From Ministeria vibrans ATCC 50519 (lineage: Eukaryota > Protista > Filasterea), in the NCBI GenBank assembly GCA_943704425.1, contig CALSCP010000425.1, positions 8,909-72,908 on the forward strand: DNA of 64,000 bases, written 5' to 3'. This document shows positions 48,869 to 64,000 of this stretch, piece after piece. The notes beneath the pieces were generated by a model that was given only the letters and a program-made list of their open reading frames with translations, was not told where the DNA came from and searched no databases. Within the stretch, counting starts at the first letter, position 1, and every line of letters starts with the position of its first letter. A program made the position numbers and the translations under genes.

Positions 48869-50223
48869 TTACGACAGTTTCACGGCCGTAAACGACTCGG
48901 GGGGAGACTCAATGTCTGCTTTGCTCTGAATCAGACGCAATTCGCGCAGACGAATGTACTCCTGGGCCGTTGGATCGGCGGATGCAGGGAGGGCACTGTG
49001 AAAGGCACTATAAGTGCGTTGCAGGACGGCATAGACAGTCGCACAGGTGTGCTCGAGGACTCGAGCAAAGGGCAGGGGACCAGTGTGCTCTACGGATGAG
49101 ACGGAGGGCGATGGTGATGCCCAGGCGAGAAGAAGCGCCGTAAAGAGATCACCACTGCCCGTAAAGGCACAGCTCAAGCGCGGAATCTGCACGGAGTAGC
49201 ACCTAAGTAAAAGTCGGCATACCATTATGAATGGGTATGTGCAACGGTCCTCTCGACGCAGCATGTGTGTGTGTGTGAGGGTCTTACTCTCTGTCGCCTG
49301 ATTCGTTTTGACGACTTGCAACAACGGTGATACTGTTCTTGTCTGACTCATTGGAAGTCAGTGGCTCTTCTGTGCTCGTAATGGCAACAATGCCGATACC
49401 CTAAAAGTATACCGCAATACAAATAGAGATGCGCATGATTTCTTGTTCTGGTGTGTGTGTGTGCGTGAGAGTGTGCATGTGCATGCGCGTTACCTTGTCG
49501 TGGAGAATGTTGATGACTCTTCGTGCATCGTCGAGCGTGACAATGGTCTCGCCAGTGAGAGTCCTACGCATGACTGCATCAGCGGACATGACATGCAAAG
49601 GAGTCTTTGTGTGCTGGCATTACTCTGCTTCAAACTGATTGGGCGTGAGAATGGACGGGAGAGCAAGAACGTCGGTCTGGTAGACGGGGACAAGCGCCGC
49701 GGGCACGTAGAGCTTCCCGTGGTCGCCCATGACCGGATCACACACATACACAATGTCGGGATTGCGTCGGCGCAGCGCCTCCACGACGCGGATGACGGTG
49801 CGCAGGAAGCTGACGGTGCCGATGTAGCCTGGAAAGCATATGGGAGGTGAAGGGGAGGGCTGGCGCGGCGCGTACCGGTCACAATGTGAGTGTATTCGTC
49901 GAGCAGATTGTTCTCGGTGAGCCCTTCGAACAAGTCCCACAGCTGCTCGCCGTCCAGCTGCTGTCCGCGGAACGTCTTGTGGCCTGTGTGGTTCGAGAAC
50001 TGCACCGAGTTGATCATGTCGACGTCGAAGCCCAGCAGCTGCAGGGGGAAGGCGAGCGACTGGGCAAACGGGAGCGATGATCAGATCACAAGATCACGTT
50101 GTGGGATGGGATGAGACAACGAGTCAAAGAAATACTAATACAAACAGAGACTAGCGGGAGACGCACTTTGTTTCCGCAGTAGCCCGAGACGACGTGAGAC
50201 TGGATGGCAAGAACGCGACCCAT
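48869..50223 (-). CDS. PDXK: Pyridoxal kinase, multi-exon
   Basis: MGRVLAIQSHVVSGYCGNK, NSVQFSNHTG, YVCDPVMGD, TPNQFEAE, FTGSGDLF and ELRLIQS. Confidence 0.95.
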
Positions 50224-50505
50224 TGTAGCAAGAGAGTAAAAGTAAATAAATGATCTCTCTTATTTGATCTTTGTAAAGTTGTTTGTTTTGTGCAGACACA
50301 GTAAAAGTTTGTGCAGACACAGTAAAAGGGCACTAACGCCGCTTACTTTAGTTACTTACCCCGCCCCATAAACTTAAAAAAGAGACCGGCAATTGTCTCT
50401 TTGCTCTATATAATTCAAACTATTCATTCATTAATCAGACAATTTTTAAAATATTTATCATTTATATTCTCTACTCTTCTCGCCACTTCTTAAAACACTC
50501 TCAAC

Positions 50506-51251
50506 ATGGCGACGGAAGATCAGAATGAGATGGACATTAGCAGCGGCGAGACCAGCGAACGTACGAAAAGCCCCACACAATACCAATAAGACAATACGAT
50601 ACAATACAATACAATACAATACAATACAATTCGACTCACTTTGTCGTCTTATCGTATCTCAGAATACAGAAACGTCGAATGGGTGTCGACCAGCGAGGTG
50701 TCGCTGAAGATGCAAAAGAGACAGATTGATGCGAAACGCGAGCCGGACTCTCATTTGGCGAACGAGAGCGAGTGCGTTTTTTTTTTGTTTTTTGACATTT
50801 TTTCGTTTCTCTCTCTCTCTCTCTCTCTCTCTCCGTCTCACTGACTTATTCTGTGCATTGCTGTCGCTGTGCGTCTAGAGTGTTCAAAGCAGCCCTGACC
50901 TATGTGAAAACCTACGCCAAGTTCAAGTCGCAAGAGGCTCTGGAAGACGTTGAAAAGTGAGAGAGACGAAAAGTGTCGTGGGCGATTGTCTCATCGCTCT
51001 GTGTTGCGCTGTAGAATGCTAAAGGGCAAGGGTCTGACCAGCTTCCAGGTTGCCACTCTCTTGAATGTGTGTCCTGAAGGCAGTGAGGATGCGCAAACGT
51101 TCCTTCCAAGGTAGAAACAACGAAAACCCCACTTGAAGTTGCATGCTAATGCATTGTTGGTGTGTTTTGCAGTCTTCACGCTCAAGTGGAGGAGGACGAT
51201 CTCAAAGGGTGTCTTGAGGACATGCGGAACTACCGTGTTTACATTGGCTAG
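50506..51251 (+). CDS. POLR2D: RNA polymerase II subunit RPB4, 5 exons
   Basis: Spliced ..SEVSL..VFKAALTYVKTYAKFK..LTSFQVATLLNVCPEGSEDAQTFLPSL..EDDLKGCLED, the RPB4 HRDC-like pattern. Confidence 0.85.
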
Positions 51252-51358
51252 AAGACGAACACATTAAGGACAAGACGTGTTGTGTGTGTTTTCTATTCTG
51301 TACACTATTGTGATGTTTTCCACACAAAGACGTTGTTGTTCATTCGGTTATATTCTCG

Positions 51359-53609
51359 TTATTCTGGAACATCACAGAGTGAGAGAGAGCGCAGTGCAAA
51401 GGGGGAGAGAGTTACAGAACTCATTCCAATTAGAGCGTAAGTGATAAGACACGTCGGAACCTGAAACCATCAAGGGTTAGGGATGACAATATTAGGGTTT
51501 GGGTATTACAAAGGGTTAGGGATGACATATAAGGGTTCGGTATTACCTCAATCTCATATCTGTTGTTCACGGGCACAGAGGATGATGGCATAAGTGGCAG
51601 CAAGATCACATGGCACAGCTTCTTCACCACTGCCTTGACCGCAAACAGCAGCGGAATCCCCACCAGTGGGCGCACTATTGTCATTCCGATGGAATCCACA
51701 CCCATCACACACGCGTAGTCCCTCTGCAATCACACACGCGACAGTTATTCCCAAGCAACATAATAATGTCATAATTCATTCTATGTTTTGCTGATTAATC
51801 ATTAGAAGAAAGAGAGGGTACCACAATACAATCAAAATAATACACCATTCTATAATGATAATAATATCATAAGAAAAAAAATAACGATAATAATACAATG
51901 AACAAGGTGCTTTTCGTTTTGCATGACTGACCTGAGACAAGACCATTCCAGTCAAAACTCCCAAATATACTCCCATTACTCGACCCCTAAACAGTTCATA
52001 GGGTTATATATTATTCTCAGAAGTATTATCTTCCTGGTGTCTTTGTCAGTCACGCAATCACACTCTCAATCACTCAAACATTCACTCTCAACCAAAAAGT
52101 CACACTCAATCACTCAAAAATAATTCTCTCTCAAACAATCGATCGCTCACTCTCATTCCCAACTCAAAGACACACACACACCGAATCGTACATATCCCCA
52201 TAAGTATTTGACCAGTGTGTTCTTGGAGCGGGAAAGAATATGAGCGCAACAACAATGCACACAAAAAGCGCAGAGAGAAAGAAAAGAGGAGAGTCCACAA
52301 GCTGCTGCTCGATAATGTCAATGAGAGGTATCGCGCTGAGCATAATCACAGTGCCCAGCGCGAATCCCACTGTGCAGTCAGCTGGTGAGTGCACTCCGAG
52401 ATAGAGGCGCGAGAGAGTAACCGAGACCAGCCAGAAGGATCCTGAAACGAGTTGATAAGGTGAGCGTTGCACCATTAAAGATAGAATTCGAGGAAGACTT
52501 AGAGTGAAGGTAGCGTTTGGGAATGTAGTTGTCATAAAAGATTAGGATTGGGTTAGATAGGGCTAGGGTTTGATATACGGCTTCGTTGGCAAATTGTGTT
52601 CTTGCCAAAATACGAACATTCATACTGCTGAGTAATTCGTTTGTGTGTTGTTACCGAAGAGAAACGCAGGAATGGTTGGAACAAGATCGTGTACAAGAAG
52701 ATAGTGCACGACTCCAAAGGGGAGACACACTGCGCCCATGACATGCGTCGAGGGCATTCCGTACTCGGCCTGATAGGCGCCTTCAAGACGCACCACAGGC
52801 GGGCATGGGGGGCGTGGGAGGCGAAGGAGATCCTAGCTCAAACAAAGAAGAAGTGTGAAATGATGGTACTAATCTGTGACTCTTACTTTGAACCACTGCC
52901 CAATGCATGTCGAGAGCATCCAGAGAAGCACCACTTCTCGCATCAGAGCACCACTGCCGTGCCAGCACAACATTGGCAGAAATGAGATGAATCTATTGGA
53001 GAGAGAGAGGGGGGGAGGGAGGGAGGGCGAAACAAAGTGATAGAGAGAGAATGATAGAGAGAGAAACAAAGTGATAGAGAGAGAGAGAAAAACAAAGTGA
53101 TAGAGAGAGAGAGAAAAACAAAGTGATAGAACAAAAGTAATAGAACAAAAGCGATAGAGAGAGAGAAACAAAGTAATAGAGAGAATGAATGATTCAAACC
53201 ACACGTCTGTGATGACACTCCACACACACACATACGTGATCTCATTCCCCAGCTCAGCACTCAGTCGGAAAAACCAGTAGATGGGTGCATAGCCCGGGGA
53301 CTGCTTGGACACGCCAAAGAAGGCCTGGAAGCGCACCAGCTGGGGTGTTCCAGCAGCGACCTACGCACAATGAGTGGGGTGAGCCAGAGAAAGAGAGAGA
53401 GAGAGAGAGAGCCGGAAGGAGGGCAACGCGCGCCTCCCACGCCGCGCGCGATGCTGCCAATGTGAAGTGCATACCCACTTTGCAAGGTAGGAGCGGACGA
53501 GGGAGTCGCTGGGGTCGTCGCAAAGGGTCCTTTGAGGGAGTGCCGTTGCACAGTCCGCCGCAAGTCGCTCTTCCGCCGCGCGCGCCTCTCCTCGTCGCGT
53601 CGTGACCAT
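51359..53609 (-). CDS. Sphingosine-1-phosphate phosphatase-like PAP2 membrane protein, multi-exon
   Basis: [14 protein letters not shown]|[35 protein letters not shown] and [12 protein letters not shown] (SGPP family). Confidence 0.88.
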
Positions 53610-53736
53610 CAGAGACAGAGATGGGGAGGGTAGGCGTAGCGAGAGGGCTGTGCCAGACGAAGAGAAGAAAAACTAAAAATAATCCAAAAATATTCTCGAT
53701 TCAAAAGAAAGTCCAAGATCAACTTTTTTTTGTGCA

Positions 53737-56700
53737 ATGCTGCTCTCGTTGAAAGATCAAGCGTCTCTGATTCAAGGAGGTACCCTCTAGTCGCCACACG
53801 CCCCCGCGCACACTCTGATCTCTCTCTCTCTCTCTCTCTCTCCCTCTCTCTGTCTCTCTCTCGACTGTGCAGCGCCTCTTGAAGGTGACAGTCTCGTTGC
53901 TCGAATAGTCTCGGGCGACTACCGCGCCGTTCTAGAGTCGCTGGGCGCATCGCTGTTTGTGGACGAGACCGAGGGTGATGTGTCATGGCCTGTCGCCCTG
54001 GCGTCGCGCGTCTCAGACGGCGCTGAGGCCATGCTGGGTGGTATCGCGTGCTTGCTGCTGTTCGTGCAGGAAAACTGGACGGGCCCCGCCTGCAGCAGCG
54101 ACGTCGAGGCGCTGCTGCACGCGCCCGCCGACCTGGACACGTGTGCCTTGCTTGCCGTCGACGGCGAAGACGCCTATCGACTCGTGCTGCGCCCCAGGCT
54201 GCTCATTGCCGCTCGCGCCCTTCTGCTGGCGCCCCAGTCTGCAGCTGAATGGCCCGCTTCGGCCGACTGGTGGCGCGTTCGCTGTCTTGCTGTCCACCAG
54301 CGCATTCTGGACGATCCCGCCGGCTCGCTTGTCGACGGGGACGCGGCGAGCGCGGCTCTCAGCGGCATGGCGGCGTTTGTCGAGCTGTGTCGTGCGACTG
54401 AGTCCATCGACGACGCGACCACCAAGGACCTTGTGGTGCGCATGAACCTCGAGGTTGGCCTGCACTGGCACTACAGCGAGAACACAAACCGCTCCAAGGT
54501 GTTCTTTATGGAGGCGCAATCGGCAGCCGAGCTGTGCGTCGAAATGAGCGGCGCACTCGGCAAGCGCACGCAGTGGCAGTCCAAAGAGACGGCCCAGCTC
54601 ATTCTGCGCACTTCCAGCACACGCGCCAAGCCATCAACGGAAGCAAACGCAAACGAAGAAACTGTAGCAAAGGGTGTGGTACCGCGCACGCTGCCACTGA
54701 ACGACGACACACTCCTCGAGCAGATTGCGTACAGTGAGTTGGAGGAGATGGACAAACTCACGTCGGAGCAACAGACCATTCTGCTGGCACTGTGCCTCGA
54801 CATCAAGAACCAGAACCCGCGTCACGGCCTTACGACCGAAGAGATGTTTCCCTATGTGCTTCGTGTGCTGGAGACACCGCAAAACTGGCTCGTGTACACA
54901 ATGGGACTCCTAGTCCGGTCGCGACTGGAGGGCGAGAAGATGCGCACCGTCGAACGAGGCACAATGCAACTGCAAGTGTTGGTGGACCAGTACAGTGAGT
55001 CGGGGGAGGGCAAGGATGAGGCGCCCGTTGCGCTGCGCATGCACTACTTCTTCTCTGTTGCCTTTCCGTCGCTATGGCAGATCAAGTGCGAGTTGGGTGA
55101 GCGCTACCTCAATTTGGGAGTGACGCGCAGTGCTCTGGAGATTTTCCTGCCACTCGAGCTATGGGATGAAGTGCTTGCATGCTATCGGGCTCTCGACGAG
55201 ACACACAAGGCAGAAGAGCTGATTCGGACGCAACTGAGTGGCGCACAGACACCCAAACTGTGGTGTCTGCTGGGCGATGTGACGGGGGATGTGCGCTGCT
55301 ACGAGACTGCATGGGAGCTGAGTGGCAGTCGCTTTGCGCGCGCTCAGCGCTCCCTTGGAATGCACTATTTACGAAAGGAGCAGGTGAGACGAGAAAAACA
55401 AAGGTGGATTTTGCGTGTGCGTGAGTGTGTGTGTGTGTCAATGAATTTGTGTCCCTCACATTTACTTCCTTCATCTCCTCATCTCTCCCATTCTTTTCTT
55501 TCCTTTTTCTCTTTCTCTCTCACGCACACAGTGGGAACTGGCAGTGACACATCTCTCGCAATCCGTCGCACTCAACAGCAATTCGCACCCTACGTGGTTC
55601 TCCCTCGGCTGTGCGTCTACCCGCACTGCTCAATGGGCTAGTGCCATCAGTGCCTTCAAGCGATGTGTTGTCATTGAACCAGACGATGGCGAAACGTGGA
55701 ACAATCTGGCGACTGTCTACATCAAGACAAAGGAAAAGTATTACGAAACTTGTTGTCTTTTTGTACTTGTTATTTTCCGTCTCTCATTGCACCCAATTTA
55801 TACATATAACTCGCTTTCTTCACCTTCCCCTCTTTCTCACATATTAATTACGATACCAAATTGTCTCACTTCACACTCTTTTACTCTAACTGTTTTATTC
55901 CATGTTCTCTTCTCCTCTCACTCACAAAAACACACTTACTCCTATAGTACTCACTCACTTTTTTTTTCTTTGCCATCTTAGAGAACGCGCGTACACTGCT
56001 CTCCACGAGGCCCTCAAGGGCCGCCACGACTCATGGAAGATTTGGGAGAATATGCTCTATGTCAGTCTTGATATTGGCCAGTTTGTCATGGCCGTCAGAG
56101 CGTACCATCGAATCATTGACTTGCGTGGAAAGTTTTTGGATCATCTCGTAAGAACTGTGTGTTTTCATTGACGGAGTCAGCCTTGTGAGCGAGTGATCCG
56201 AGACTGAGACTGAAAGTGTGAACAAGAATGTCTGCGAGTCTTTTTCCCGTTCTTACAAGATTTTATTGTGTTTATAGGTTCTTCATAATCTTATTCAATG
56301 GGCTTCGCGCTCTGTTTGCGCAGCTGATTCCTCTTTTGCCGGTAATATATCACGCACAACGCTCGCTCTCTCATTTTCGTCTTTGTGTTGTTTTTATAGA
56401 CGAGAAACAGGTGAAGTCAGTGGGTGAGTTAATGGGTCGCATTGCTAGCACAATGACTGCAGATTATGAGTTCTGGTGTGAGTACTCTAGGTTCCACACC
56501 GCAATTGGAGAACACGAAAAGGTACTAATAATTTATTATTATCAAAATTATTAATAATTATTATTATTTTTAACAATCGCTACTCAAAAAATTATCACAT
56601 TTATCTAATATTAATGCTACTGAATCCCTTCACGCAAAATTCCCATTTACTCACGCGACCTTGTTTCACTCACTTCTCTTGACATTAATAATGATAAACT

Positions 56701-57020
56701 AACAAGACGTTATATTAAATATTTCTTAGGCACTTGATGATCAGGTGAAGGCCTATCGAGCAGCGCAGAAGACGGGGTGGGAACGGGACCGAGAGCAGTT
56801 TGTGGGAGTGGTGTGTGTGGCAGCCGTGGCACTGATGGATGCATATGAGACGGAAGGGTCGCTGCGGAGTCTGTCGTCGGCGCGAATGGCACTGCGCAGT
56901 CTCGTAAAGAAAACAGAGAGTGTATTTGGCGGTGAAGAGGCGCATGTGGCGCTGGTGGAGCGACTCAAGAAGGTTGAGGCTGCATATGACACGGCAAAGT
57001 CTCTTGCAAGTGGATGTTGA
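53737..57020 (+). CDS. TTC27: Tetratricopeptide repeat protein 27 (Emw1-like)
   Basis: LFVQENWTGP, GALGKRTQWQ, NWLVYTMGLLVRSRLE..RTVER..QLQVLVDQ, C-terminal TPRs and WKIWEN. Confidence 0.9.
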
Positions 57021-57253
57021 CGATGCAGAGAGGAGAAGCGTATGAGAGAGAATGCAAAAATTAGTACCAAAAATTTCAAATCAGATAGCACCTTACATCA
57101 CTCAAACAGACGTTTATAAAGAGATCCGTAGACTCATTTGTAATAACTAATATGGAAATATGAGAACCGAAATAAATCAGTTCGAGTTCACTCAGTTGAT
57201 TGATTTTTTCATTTTTCTTCTTCATTATTTTTTTAACTCTATTCTCGAGTGCC

Positions 57254-60278
<3,025 letters not shown>

Positions 60279-60397
60279 CCACTCACCATCTCCCTCACTC
60301 ACTCACTGTCGATCTTTGTCTTTCAGATTACACACACACACACACAGAAATATCACTAAATTTAATAATAATACTTTTTACTCATTTGTTTTTTTTT

Positions 60398-61660
60398 TTA
60401 CACATCGGTTGCGTCAAAGAAGGCAAAAATATGAGGAAGCATGTGAAGCTGAGCGGTAAGATCATTGTGACTACCATGGGGGGCAATGACAAGCTGAGCG
60501 TGAGGACGGGCAAGTGAGTGGAGTGTGTGGCCCATTTGGACGGGGAGAATGGCGTCTTGGTCGCCGTGGAGGATTAGGAGGGGACAGCTGATGTGTGGCA
60601 TGTGCTCTTTGGTGTCCCACTTGTCGTGGAGGACCATTTGGATGACGCTGTCTGCGCCTGGAATGAGGAAACGGAAGAAGAGGCCCGACGGATGGTGGAG
60701 GGCTGCCTCGGGCATAGACGTGAGCGGCGCCTCAAGGACCAGGCCGGCCGGTGGGGTGCCTGCACGACACAACTCGGCCGCGAGACGTCCTGCAACTGCT
60801 GTTCCCAGCGAGTGGCCCCACAGACGAATGTGGCTGGCCTTCTTGACGCGTGCCAGAGTCCATTCCCACATAGCATGTGCGTCCGACGCGACTCCCGCCT
60901 CCGTAGGCCACCCATCGCTGTCGCCAAAGCCGCGGTAGTCAAAGACAATCACATGCGCATTAAGACGGTTCGCCAAGAGGCCGTACAGCTGTACACGGTG
61001 CGTTTGGGTGCGCGAGAAGGCATTGCCATGCATGTAGATGACGACGCGCTGCTGGTCTGAGGCGAGCGCCGCGTCCATCAGGGCGTCAATGCGCGTGTTG
61101 CGCGTCGTCTCGTCAAGCTGCGTGTCGGCATAGAGCGCCAGAAACGCCTGGGTGGTTGTCGTGTCTGAGCTAGGGGGAATGTGCCAACCTACACACCAAG
61201 GACGACGGATGACTTGCACGACTCAACTTCCGTCGCCTGTACCATTCAACAGCGGTCCATCGTCGCCTGATCGCGTGTGGATGTTTCGCGCAAACTGCTG
61301 GCCGTACTCCCGCGGCTCAAACGACGCCGGTAGAAACGGATTGGAGAGATGGTGGAGGTAAACTGTCGACGCAAACGAATATTCACGTGAAAAGAAGAGT
61401 TACAAGTTCAAAAGGGTCGACGAGCGAAGGGATGGCCAAGGAGAGTGTCAAAGGCGTGTGGCTATGTATGTATGTGCTGTGCGTGTACCGAGGCACTGCT
61501 GCAGAGGAGGCGACGCGGCAAAGACAGCCAATGCGCCAATGTACACAACCGCCGCGATCACGATCATCCGCGTCCACGATCGCTTGGCGGTCGGCGTCGA
61601 GGCAGAGGCAGCGGTGTTTCCCGGCGTAGAGGAGGTGGTGGGCGTTTTGCGGTTGCGCAT
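60398..61660 (-). CDS. ABHD12: ABHD12-like alpha/beta hydrolase, 3 exons
   Basis: N-terminal TM, VGWHIP, YMHGNA..R..HRVQLY, DYRGFGDS, nucleophile WGHSLG, LILHGDQD and catalytic His in SHN. Confidence 0.85.
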
Positions 61661-61834
61661 TGAGAAATAAATTTGAAATATTTTGAATTGAAATGAGAAA
61701 GATGTCTTCTGTGATCTGACAGAAGAAAAGACGGAGTGTGAGTCATTCTCTCTCAACCGTCAAAGATGAAGGGCAATGTCAAGACAACAAAAGTACACCT
61801 CAGTTTTGTACAATCAATGTATTCACAACACATC

Positions 61835-62182
61835 TCACTCCAACTCATCACTTGAATCCCCCACAAGCCAAGCCACATTGCGCACCAGTCTACGGTCCAC
61901 GCCAGCCTCCTCCCTCCACCGCTCTACCACAACCTTGGCCGCTTCTCCTCCCCCCACCTCATAATCCAGCTCTTCTTCCACCAGCCGCCTCTTCCCCTCC
62001 AGAGCTCGCCCGTACATCCGAGCTAAATCTTCCAGCACCTCTCGGTATTCAAACACCGACCGCTTCTCTCCCTTTCGCTTTGTGAGCGCAACCCGATCGC
62101 CTGTATCATAAAGAGTTTCAATAAGAGAAAGACAGAGACAGAGACAGAGACAGACAGACAGAGACACACACTCACTCACTCA

Positions 62183-62222
<40 letters not shown>

Positions 62223-62670
62223 TACCATGCGAGCGTATTCTTCCGTCGATATCATCCACCAGCGCCCACAGTGTATCCACAACCTCCTGCATTGAATCCC
62301 TGAAGTCGCCTCCCCCCCAGTGAGAACAGAGTGCAACTCATGAGTGTTCTTACAGATGCGCTTTGACGCCCCGAAAGAGCTCCTCAACGGCAACCGTCTG
62401 CTTGGCACGCAGCATCACCTTGAAGCCAGGACACCACTCCGCCTCAAACCCGTCCAGGCACCCCCAGCTCTCCGTGTGGCTCGTGTCGTGCAGCCGTTCC
62501 AGCTCAACGCACAGCCCTCTACGCAGTCCGTGTCACGTCTGCCCCTCCCGCCCCCAATCCACCGCATACTTGACCACGTCGACCGCCCCTTCCCGCTCTA
62601 CATCCCACAGCACAGTCTGTCGCAGTGCTCGTTTCGCCAAATGCTCAGCGTACGATCTCTCGACCGACAT
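61835..62670 (-). CDS. C1orf109/AIRIM-like coiled-coil protein, 4 exons
   Basis: Phase-consistent splicing gives ..W..LCVELERL..CPGFKVMLRAKQ..SVFEYREVLEDLARMY..KRRLVEEELDY..W, which resembles the C1orf109 family from memory. Confidence 0.55.
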
Positions 62671-62757
62671 GGAAAAAAAAAGTGGATTTGAACTGATCAA
62701 AATAATTATCATTGCAAGAGTGATTAAGTGATAAGTCAATTACCAAATTATTCGCTC

Positions 62758-62839
62758 ATGTCACCCCAACAACATAGTGACGGTCTGGTGGCCCTTAGAA
62801 TAGAGTGCGATCCCAGTTCTGTAACGCCCATCCACTCAA

Positions 62840-62888
<49 letters not shown>

Positions 62889-64000
62889 GCTCCAGATGTG
62901 TTGCTTGGTCGTCACAAGGAATTGTCGCCATTGCTCGGCAGCACAGGGACGACTGCGGCCTCCGCGGCTATTCAGTGGCGCTGTACAACCCCATGAAGGG
63001 TCCGACGGCGCCTCCGCTGGCAACGTGTCCCCTGGGCGGCTCTGTGTGCGCCCTTGCCTGGTCGCAGTGCGCCGACGCGCTCTTCGTCTGTGGCCCCGCC
63101 CGCTGCTGCATCGTGGCGCGACGCCCGCCCAGCGCAGACCCAAGCGGCTCCGACGACGCCTGGTCTGTGCACGAGGTGGGTGGAGAGAGTCCAGCGGTCG
63201 TTTATGTCGAGTGGTTTCAGGCGAACAGTCACCTCGACCGGATCATCGCAACGGACGACTCACCGCCAACGGACGACGCATGGCTCACCATCGACCATCG
63301 CGCTGTCTTGTCGTTGTGGAAGCCAGCCGCATCCCGGAAGACGGCGCCCGTCGTCTCGCACGCTCTCCTGCCCGGCGCATCACACACCGACTGTGTGGTG
63401 CGCGCCACCGCTCAGTTCCACACGGACAACTCCCTTTGGATTGCCCTTGTGAGTCGCTCGGGTCTACTCACGGTTGTTGCCGTTGAAACACGCTCGCAAA
63501 GCGGCGGTGCAGTTCCCTCTACGCTCGCGTCGGAGCCCTTGCTGGTCACCCAAGTTGACGGGGCGCCAACGAAAAATTCGTTTGACATTGCGTTTGTCTG
63601 CGACGCACTCCTTCTTGCCACTTGGACCCCAACTGCCGTAGACCACTCCACATTTTCCTGCACTCTCACTCGCTTTGCTTCCTCTGCTGCAAGTGAAAAA
63701 TGGACTCGACGGTGCACGGAGTCTCTGTGTGTCTCCGCACCCCATTGGGCACACTCGCGCACTCGCATAGCACTTCCTTCGCACTCCCACTTTGCCCTTA
63801 TCAACCCCATCACCCTCACACGCGACACCACGACCAGCGACAGTACAAGCACCGGTGCTGGTGGGCCGAGCAGCAGCAGTGCCATGCACTGCACCATGTC
63901 GCCCCACTCGTGCATGATTCTCACTAGCACCCTCGACACCCCTATTCACACAATCCCCCTCCCACCACCCCCTCCGCCATCCCCCATTACAAGCGATTCC
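62758..64000 (+). CDS. MED16: Mediator subunit 16-like beta-propeller protein; runs off the window
   Basis: After one intron the frame reads CVAWSSQGIVAI..VCALAWSQ..DAW..VVYVEWF..FDIAFVCDALLLAT, matching the layout of the MED16 N-terminus. No stop was seen in the portion translated by hand. Confidence 0.55.

Noticed and set aside
50352-50365. TACTTACC resembles the U1 snRNA 5' end
   Set aside because: No U1 stem-loops or Sm site follow. It is better read as a GGTAAGTA donor on the minus strand upstream of PDXK.
62519-62569. In-frame TGA in the C1orf109-like frame, suggesting selenocysteine or readthrough
   Set aside because: It lies in a 51-nt GTATGC..CGTAG intron. The length is a multiple of 3, so the frame only appears to continue.

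Overview
Gene-dense, intron-rich eukaryotic nuclear DNA. The organism is inferred to be a flagellated unicellular holozoan (choanoflagellate/filasterean-like), from DNAAF1, a tetraspanin, a laminin-domain protein, MKLP1, and short GT-AG introns full of (CT)n/(CA)n microsatellites. About 26 protein-coding genes can be rebuilt by hand: PPR-like protein, DFR-like SDR, F-box/LRR, RNASEK, EXOC7/Exo70, CEBPZ, tetraspanin, DNAAF1, SLC46-like MFS, helical-repeat mitochondrial RNA-binding protein, TUT4/7-like TUTase, a ~2,600-aa laminin-like protein, KIF23, KATNB1, a triple zinc-finger-module protein, PDXK, RPB4, SGPP, TTC27, PLRG1, ABHD12, C1orf109-like and MED16-like genes, plus three short or truncated genes. 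Main oddities: (1) at 19.55-20.21 kb, two atypical tRNA genes (Ile-GAU, and a GAA-anticodon tRNA with a Glu/Gln-type body and encoded CCA) sit among unidentified folded small-RNA candidates, and a similar cluster lies at 1-530; (2) a secreted protein with a laminin-alpha-like order of LamNT, 13 LE repeats, CxxCDxC, coiled coil and LamG-like domains, with a possible alternative last exon; (3) Exo70 is split around an ~11.6-kb multi-gene block whose two outermost genes are cut off at (CT)n tracts, most likely a microsatellite mis-join; (4) a long, folded RNASEK intron. Gene models, family assignments and RNA folds were made by eye, without database searches or folding software, so exon boundaries are approximate.
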